Assembly (NCBI RefSeq): GCF_900083515.1
Contig: NZ_LT671858.1
Location: forward strand, 1 to 32,000
Source of the DNA: Cuniculiplasma divulgatum
GTDB lineage: Archaea > Thermoplasmatota > Thermoplasmata > Thermoplasmatales > Thermoplasmataceae
Direction of reading: 5' to 3'
Length of the DNA stretch: 32,000 bases
Shown here: piece by piece, positions 26,130-32,000 of the stretch
Numbering within the stretch: position 1 is the first letter of the stretch
How the letters are laid out: each line of letters starts with the position of its first letter
Made by a program: the position numbers and the translations under genes
The notes under the pieces: generated by a model
What the model saw: only the letters and a program-made list of their open reading frames with translations
What the model was told of the DNA's origin: nothing
Database searches by the model: none

Positions 26130-28007
26130 ATGGACACACAGAGTGAAACTGTATTTTTTCCAGATCAGATGACAATTGATAACAGCAATATCAACGCCCT
26201 CAAAAACTTCATAGGGCTGAAGACTATTGATGAACTCTACACATTTTCAGACAGCCATATTGAACAGTTTTATGATTCAGTGGTTAGGCACTCAGGTATC
26301 TGGTTTTCGAGACCATATACAAAGGTTAGGGACAGCTCAAAGGGAAAGGAATTTTCAAGATGGTTTATAGATGGTGAAATAAATATAGCTTTTAACTGTG
26401 TTGAAAGATATAAGAAAAGTAAGAAACCCGCAATAAAGTGTGTTTATGAGGATGGTAAATTCAGAAGCATTTCTTATGAGGAACTTGACGTGTTAACAGG
26501 TAAACTATCAGGAGCAATGAAAAATCTTGGTATAAAGAAGGGAGACAGGGTAGGGATATACATGCCAATGGTTCCAGAGGCAATTATTTCCATGTATTCT
26601 ATAATGAGAATGGGTGCAATCGCAGTTCCAATGTTCTCAGGATATGGAAGGGAAGCAGTGGAAACCAGGGTTAGGGATAGTGATATAAAATATATTTTCA
26701 CCATTGAAGGCTACAGGCGGAAGGGTAAGGAAATAAAAATGGCCGCCAATATAAAAGATATAAAAGGAATAAAACTCATAACACTCGACAGGATCAACAA
26801 AGATGAGCTTGATTTCAACGAACTTCTCCAGAACGGAGAATATATGGAAAGTGAAAAAACGGGCTCAGAAGATGGTGCAATCATGCTCTATACATCAGGA
26901 ACAACTGGAAAGCCAAAGGGCACAGTTCACGTCCATGGTGGATCATTCATCAACATTGTTAAGGAGGTTAAATACTACCTTGATTTCAAGGAAGATGATA
27001 CAATCTTCTGGATTACTGATCTGGGGTGGATGATGGGACCATGGGAAATAATGGGAGCCAACGCTCTGGGGGGGACACTATTTCTCTATCCAGGTGCAGT
27101 GGATTACCCAAAAAATGAAAGAGTATGGGATCTTGTGGAAGAGCATGCTATAACCATTCTTGGTATTTCTCCTACCTTTGCGAGAACAATGAAATTCAAT
27201 GGAATAAGTAGGTCATTCAAACATCTTAAAGCCTTTGGCTCTACAGGAGAACCGTGGGATAGGGAATCGTGGGAATATGTATTCAGGGTATGGGGCGAAA
27301 GCAAAGTCCCCATATGTAATGTATCAGGAGGAACAGACATAATAGGGTGTTTCCTTGCATCAACTCCCATAACACCACTCAAGCCAAAATGTCTTTTTAA
27401 AGGACTGGGCATGGCCATAACAGTTTTTGATAGCTCAGGTAAGGAAATCTATGATCAGATAGGCTATCTTGTGTCCAAGGAGCACCTGCCATCAATGACC
27501 CGTGGTGTTTGGAATAATGAGGAAAGATACAGGACCTCGTACTGGTCTCAATTTCCAGGGTTCTGGTCACAGGGTGACTGGGCAATGCAAAGCAAAGATG
27601 GTTATTTCTTCCTTTATGGAAGGGCAGATGATATTATAAAAACCTCTGGAAAGAGGATTGGTCCTGGAGAGATTGAAGACGCTGCAGATAGGGTTTCGGG
27701 CGTAGTTGAATCCGCTGCCATAGGAGTGCCTCATGAAAAGAAAGGCGAAGCAATTGTTATTTTCTACAGGGGAAAAAATGATGAGGCTGTTAGGGAGGGG
27801 ATAAAAAAGGAGGTTGAGAAATCGCAGGGAAAGTCATTCAGTCCAGATAAAATACTAAATATAGATGAGCTTCCAAAGACCAAAAACGGGAAAATAATGA
27901 GGAGAGTAATCAGGGCAGCGTATTTAGGACAGGATCCTGGTGACATAAGTGGCCTTGAAGATCCATCAGTAATAGAAAGAATAGGGAAAATGAGGATAAA
28001 GAATTAG
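26130..28007 (+). CDS. acs: AMP-forming acyl/acetyl-CoA synthetase (ACS family)
   Basis: 625 aa. ACS-type N-terminus (WFIDGEINIAFNCVERY), AMP-binding motif YTSGTTGKPKG, C-terminal PKTKNGKIMRR. Substrate not determinable from the sequence. Confidence 0.82.
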   Translation: MDTQSETVFFPDQMTIDNSNINALKNFIGLKTIDELYTFSDSHIEQFYDSVVRHSGIWFSRPYTKVRDSSKGKEFSRWFIDGEINIAFNCVERYKKSKKPAIKCVYEDGKFRSISYEELDVLTGKLSGAMKNLGIKKGDRVGIYMPMVPEAIISMYSIMRMGAIAVPMFSGYGREAVETRVRDSDIKYIFTIEGYRRKGKEIKMAANIKDIKGIKLITLDRINKDELDFNELLQNGEYMESEKTGSEDGAIMLYTSGTTGKPKGTVHVHGGSFINIVKEVKYYLDFKEDDTIFWITDLGWMMGPWEIMGANALGGTLFLYPGAVDYPKNERVWDLVEEHAITILGISPTFARTMKFNGISRSFKHLKAFGSTGEPWDRESWEYVFRVWGESKVPICNVSGGTDIIGCFLASTPITPLKPKCLFKGLGMAITVFDSSGKEIYDQIGYLVSKEHLPSMTRGVWNNEERYRTSYWSQFPGFWSQGDWAMQSKDGYFFLYGRADDIIKTSGKRIGPGEIEDAADRVSGVVESAAIGVPHEKKGEAIVIFYRGKNDEAVREGIKKEVEKSQGKSFSPDKILNIDELPKTKNGKIMRRVIRAAYLGQDPGDISGLEDPSVIERIGKMRIKN

Positions 28008-29029
28008 TCTTTCTTTTTCCAGTAATATACAGGCAAAAGAGCAAGGGCAGCAATTGCAGTTATTCCACCATAAATATCATTTACATTCAGCCCTGGTGGA
28101 TTAGTTCCATCATAGATTTTTGTAGGTCGATTAGGAATGGATATGGCGCTCCCATGTGGAACATGGTCTCTAATTTCTCCGGTCGTCCTGTCATAACACA
28201 CAATCTGTCCGTTCCCACCATTTCCGCTGCTACTTTCACCATTTAGACTGTAAACACCCTGGCCACCTGATACATTACACTTATTTTCAAGGGATATATT
28301 ATCAAAATAGGAGAGAAATATTACTCCTCCTCCGCCTCCACCTATAAGACCTGTACCACTTCCGGTTCCACTCCCATTTGCACCTGATGCTATTATTCTT
28401 CCCACATATATGCTATGTGCACATATTGCTATTCCATAGGCCCCAGCGGAATATGGCAACCCGTTGAGGCTCTGTGCTCCAGCTCCTGAAAGGAAATTAC
28501 TGAAATTGTTTCTGTACCAGTATGAGAAAAGGTTTTCTGTAGTGCTATTTATCTTTAAATAGGGGGTCGCTCCATTCCCTCCGGGTACAGTATTACTGCT
28601 TGAACCCTTACCGCCAGGGGCCAGGGTTGAGAATCCTGAAGAAATACCTGCATTTTCAGACTGGCTCTGTGCCCCTGCTCCTGAACCTCCGTAGGAAAGT
28701 GGATATGAGTCCATTGGGGTCATTCCGGTAATTATAACGCCATAGTTACAAAAGCTTCCGTTTGCAAAAATGTTCCATCCATCTGAAGTAACAACGACAC
28801 CCGGTTCTATGGTAATGTTCGCCCCTGTTAGATTGGATGTTAGTGTAATATTAGATTTGATTATTTTATTTTCATTTGAAGTGTTTACTGAGCTATGGGC
28901 AAATTTACCTTCATGACTTAGCATATTGAAATTATGGGTATTAACTGAAGAGAAATTATTGCCAGACATAAAAATTAGAAGAATTGCAAGTAACACAGTT
29001 GCAATTAAACCTATATATTTCACTTTCAA
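28004..29029 (-). CDS. Glycine-rich, sequon-rich surface protein with N-terminal signal/TM and C-terminal TM anchor
   Basis: 341 aa. Recurrent Gly clusters (GGSGAGAQS, GGKGSSS, GGNGATP, GANGSGTGSGTGLIGGGGGG, GGQG, GNGGNG) alternate with hydrophobic beta-like stretches. C-terminal ITAIAALALLPVYYWKKKD. TTG 29029 or GTG 29023 start. Confidence 0.6.
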   Translation of the reverse strand: MKVKYIGLIATVLLAILLIFMSGNNFSSVNTHNFNMLSHEGKFAHSSVNTSNENKIIKSNITLTSNLTGANITIEPGVVVTSDGWNIFANGSFCNYGVIITGMTPMDSYPLSYGGSGAGAQSQSENAGISSGFSTLAPGGKGSSSNTVPGGNGATPYLKINSTTENLFSYWYRNNFSNFLSGAGAQSLNGLPYSAGAYGIAICAHSIYVGRIIASGANGSGTGSGTGLIGGGGGGVIFLSYFDNISLENKCNVSGGQGVYSLNGESSSGNGGNGQIVCYDRTTGEIRDHVPHGSAISIPNRPTKIYDGTNPPGLNVNDIYGGITAIAALALLPVYYWKKKD

Positions 29030-29448
29030 CGGATAAGTATTTTAAGAGTGATATTTAAAATTACCCTTACCGATTTGAATAGAAAAATCATCCTATTAAT
29101 TCATTTTCCAGAGGTTCATGGAACAAATGTATCTTGAAAATGCTGAAATTATACTATTTAAAAAAACAGATTATTGACTAAATTATATACGCAATTCGCA
29201 AGTTATAAAATTAAAACTAACATGACTGCTATTCGGTAATTAGATAATATTGGAATTTTAAACACAATTTTTGTTTTATTATAAGTCTATGGAATAATGA
29301 AAATATCCCTGTCAACATATAACATGTATGTCCTTAACATTTAACACAAACAAATTAATAATAAAAAAAGGAGAGAAGCCATTCAAATACTATAATATAA
29401 GTTTTTTCCCGAGCATAGGAAATTTAATTAAGTAGTTGTAATACTCAC

Positions 29449-29829
29449 ATGATTTCAATGGTTGTCCTGAGACGCGAAACCCTGATAAAGGCACTTGAAA
29501 ATGTTTACGGAACAAAGGGATTAACCAGAGGAGACGTCCTGGATCTATGTGATTTCCTGCTCGATTTTTTTGGATATGAGGACTATGTGCTGGACAATGT
29601 TCTATCACCACCAGAAAGGGACGCATTCTATGATCTTGAAGAGAATGGGATACTGAAAACACAGGCAGAGGAAGTAACACTAAGCAAGGGAAAAGTTTGG
29701 AGGGTAAATCAGTGGGTATTCAGAAGAAACAAAATAATTCAGTTCGCAAGCCTATCAGTTCACGAAGATGGACTTGAAAAGAAGTATGAAGATATTTTCA
29801 AGGAACTGGAAAATCAGGAAATACTCTGA
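29449..29829 (+). CDS. Hypothetical small acidic cytoplasmic protein
   Basis: 126-aa ORF. TATA-like aatttaattaa at 29421-31, about 23 nt upstream of the ATG. No motif I can recognise. Confidence 0.5.
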   Translation: MISMVVLRRETLIKALENVYGTKGLTRGDVLDLCDFLLDFFGYEDYVLDNVLSPPERDAFYDLEENGILKTQAEEVTLSKGKVWRVNQWVFRRNKIIQFASLSVHEDGLEKKYEDIFKELENQEIL

Positions 29830-29879
29830 GGAGTTAACCCAAACTTTTAAAAAAAGAAATTATTTTTCCTGTTTTTGAT

Positions 29880-30398
29880 CTACTTTTTTCTCAGGAGTGT
29901 TCTCACTACGGCAAGTGTCGCTACGGCACCTGTTGCAATTATGGCTGCATATTTTGGCGAATCATAAAGGAGATGTTCCAGAGGTTTTTTCCCAGGATCA
30001 TACCTGTCCAGATGAACTTCATATCTATCCCTGTACTCAACGGCGTGGACACACTGGGTTGTGCCTGGAACAGATGCTCTCCAGTCTGCTATCTGACCCT
30101 TAATCTCACCAAGAGATCTCCTGAATAGCCCAGAATCCCTGGGCTTAGGAACATTGCTGATCCCATCATTCTTTGGCACAACCACAACATCTCCCTGTAT
30201 TGCCTCAGTTATCTTTATCTGCCAGAATGATCTTGAATTCTGATCCATATAATTCAGAAATGCCAAATCTTTATAATAACATTGGGTGATTCTATTTACC
30301 GGCATGCGGATAAGGCCAATTAAGGTATTTTGACGGTTAATATGTGAAGATTGTAACATTATTTTAATCATTGATACAACAATTTTAATAACAGCCAA
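29880..30398 (-). CDS. Hypothetical protein with C-terminal TM helix (start uncertain)
   Basis: The ORF maximum uses TTG 30398, only 14 nt from the pyrG ATG and overlapping the pyrG TATA. ATG 30305 (MPVNR, 142 aa) or ATG 30371 are more plausible starts. C-terminal [16 protein letters not shown] plus RKK. Confidence 0.45.
   Translation of the reverse strand: MAVIKIVVSMIKIMLQSSHINRQNTLIGLIRMPVNRITQCYYKDLAFLNYMDQNSRSFWQIKITEAIQGDVVVVPKNDGISNVPKPRDSGLFRRSLGEIKGQIADWRASVPGTTQCVHAVEYRDRYEVHLDRYDPGKKPLEHLLYDSPKYAAIIATGAVATLAVVRTLLRKK
30381..30391 (+). promoter_or_regulatory. TATA-like box for pyrG
   Basis: aattttaataa is centred about 26 nt upstream of ATG 30412. Confidence 0.4.
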
Positions 30399-30411
30399 CT
30401 ATTCATTAAAA

Positions 30412-32000
30412 ATGAAGTATATTGTAATTACAGGAGGTGTCCTTTCCGGTATTGGAAAGGGAACAATTGCCTCAAGTTTATGTCACATACTTACTAATAG
30501 TGGGGTCAAGGTAACAGCATTAAAAATAGACCCATATCTCAATTATGATGCAGGAACAATGAACCCATACCAGCACGGAGAAGTTTTTGTACTGGATGAT
30601 GGAAGTGAGGTCGATCTAGATCTAGGAAATTATGAAAGATACCTGGATAGAAGTCTAACAGGAAATAACAATATCACAACAGGAAAGGTTTACAAGGAAG
30701 TCATAGAAAGGGAAAGAAGGGGAGAATATCTTGGTAGTACCGTACAGATCATACCTCACATAACAAATGAGATAAAGAGAAGGATAAGAAAAGTTTCAAG
30801 TGCCGAAGATCTCGATGTGGTTGTAATCGAAATAGGGGGAACTGTGGGAGACATAGAGTCAATGCCATTTCTGGAGGCAATAAGGCAGCTGAGAAGGGAA
30901 GAAAAAGGACAGGTGTTTCTCGGTCACGTAACACTTGTACCGGAAATAGGAAGGGAAGAGGAACAGAAGACAAAACCAACACAGCATAGTGTTAGGGCAT
31001 TGAAGGAAATTGGACTGCAACCTGATCTCTTACTTTGCAGATCAAAGAACCCACTGTCTAAGGAGGTGAAGAAAAGAATATCACTGTTCACTGATGTGCC
31101 TGAAGAGGCCGTTATAAGTGTTTATGAAGTGGAAAATGCCTATCAGGTTCCTGAAGTAATAGAAAAACAGTCTGTAATCGATATTATTAAATCACAGCTG
31201 GGTTTGCAGACCACAGTGTTCAGGGACAGCTGGGAAACGTACAAGGAAAATCTGCTCTCCCCGGACTCTTTTGTTGATATAGGAATAATAGGAAAGTACA
31301 CAGAGTTGCATGATGCCTATATTAGTCACAGAGAGGCAATGAACCACGCAACTGGGAGTACGGGCATTGGAGTTAATATTATCTGGCTGGATTCAGATAT
31401 GGTAAAGGAAAATCCATCAGTACTGGAAAAATTAGATGGAATACTTGTAACACCCGGATTTGGATACAGAGGGGTAGAGGGTAAAATACTTGCAGCAAAA
31501 TATGCGAGGGAAACCAATACACCATACCTTGGCATATGTCTTGGATTTCAGGTTGCAGTCATAGAATACGCGAGAAACGTTCTAGGGCTTGAAGACGCAA
31601 ACAGCACGGAGTTTTCAACAGATTCAAAAAATCCTGTTATAGATATCCTCCCAGAACAGGTTGGCGTCAAGGATATGGGTGGTACCATGAGGCTTGGAGC
31701 CAAGAAAGTTGTTGTAAGTGAAAATACACTGGCCTTTGATCTTTATAAACAGAATGAAATAATGGAAAGGCACAGGCACAGATTTGAGGTTAATCCAGAA
31801 TATATTAAAAAGCTGGAAGATCATGGTCTTATATTCTCAGGAAAAGATGAGGAGGGAATAAGAATGGAAATACTTGAGATTAAGAACAGAAAGAATTTCA
31901 TTGCATCCCAGTTTCATGCAGAATTCAAGTCTAGACCACTTAAACCATCTCCACTGCACTTACATCTTGTTAAGATGGCATTTGAATTCAGGAAGGAAAA
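30412..32000 (+). CDS. pyrG: CTP synthase (3'-partial, runs off the window)
   Basis: Not in the ORF track because no stop lies inside the window. ATG 30412 gives [50 protein letters not shown], and the GATase motif YLGICLGFQ. Confidence 0.93.
   Translation, partial: MKYIVITGGVLSGIGKGTIASSLCHILTNSGVKVTALKIDPYLNYDAGTMNPYQHGEVFVLDDGSEVDLDLGNYERYLDRSLTGNNNITTGKVYKEVIERERRGEYLGSTVQIIPHITNEIKRRIRKVSSAEDLDVVVIEIGGTVGDIESMPFLEAIRQLRREEKGQVFLGHVTLVPEIGREEEQKTKPTQHSVRALKEIGLQPDLLLCRSKNPLSKEVKKRISLFTDVPEEAVISVYEVENAYQVPEVIEKQSVIDIIKSQLGLQTTVFRDSWETYKENLLSPDSFVDIGIIGKYTELHDAYISHREAMNHATGSTGIGVNIIWLDSDMVKENPSVLEKLDGILVTPGFGYRGVEGKILAAKYARETNTPYLGICLGFQVAVIEYARNVLGLEDANSTEFSTDSKNPVIDILPEQVGVKDMGGTMRLGAKKVVVSENTLAFDLYKQNEIMERHRHRFEVNPEYIKKLEDHGLIFSGKDEEGIRMEILEIKNRKNFIASQFHAEFKSRPLKPSPLHLHLVKMAFEFRKE

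Noticed and set aside
29030-29448. AT-rich spacers (also 18403-18649) as candidate replication origins
   Set aside because: No repeated ORB-like elements are visible and no orc1/cdc6 gene is adjacent. The AT-richness is explained by promoters.
1-32000. Search for CRISPR arrays, tRNA/rRNA genes, IS elements, integrases, toxin-antitoxin pairs or known defence genes
   Set aside because: No regularly spaced repeats, no GC-rich structured RNA islands in the intergenic regions, and no transposase, integrase or defence-type motifs appear in any ORF translation.

Overview
AT-rich (by eye, upper-30s % G+C), very gene-dense archaeal chromosomal window. I call 24 protein genes and see no rRNA, tRNA, CRISPR array, transposase or integrase. 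The gene set is tricorn protease, a thermopsin-like domain, archaeal-type SAM synthetase, archaeal DtdA, Hjc and Tsr3, with Arg mostly as AGA/AGG. This points to an acidophilic Thermoplasmatales-type euryarchaeon (inference from motifs, no database search). Most genes are housekeeping: topA, tricorn, purH, SAM synthetase, tsr3, dtdA, valS, a class-III aminotransferase, hjc, an acs-family ligase and pyrG (runs off the 3' end). First genes of transcription units carry a TATA-like 8-mer centred about 22-28 nt upstream of the start codon, which suggests leaderless mRNAs. Operon-internal genes show stop/start overlaps or SD-like purine runs. Several starts are TTG or GTG. The best candidate for undescribed biology is a translationally coupled minus-strand cassette at 15024-18402: a fold-type-II PLP enzyme, a DUF1611 (DgcN-like) protein, and a 463-aa QueC-like PP-loop ATPase with orphan N- and C-terminal extensions. 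It is preceded by a possible leaderless 7-codon mini-ORF overlapping a GC hairpin. Secondary items are a surface-anchored sedolisin (S53) + thermopsin-like (A5) fusion protease, a glycine-rich surface protein inside a small orphan-gene islet with a 419-bp AT-rich spacer, a nested inverted repeat in the VIT1/aminotransferase divergent promoter, and four convergent gene pairs with overlapping or abutting 3' ends. All family calls rest on motifs read from the translations.
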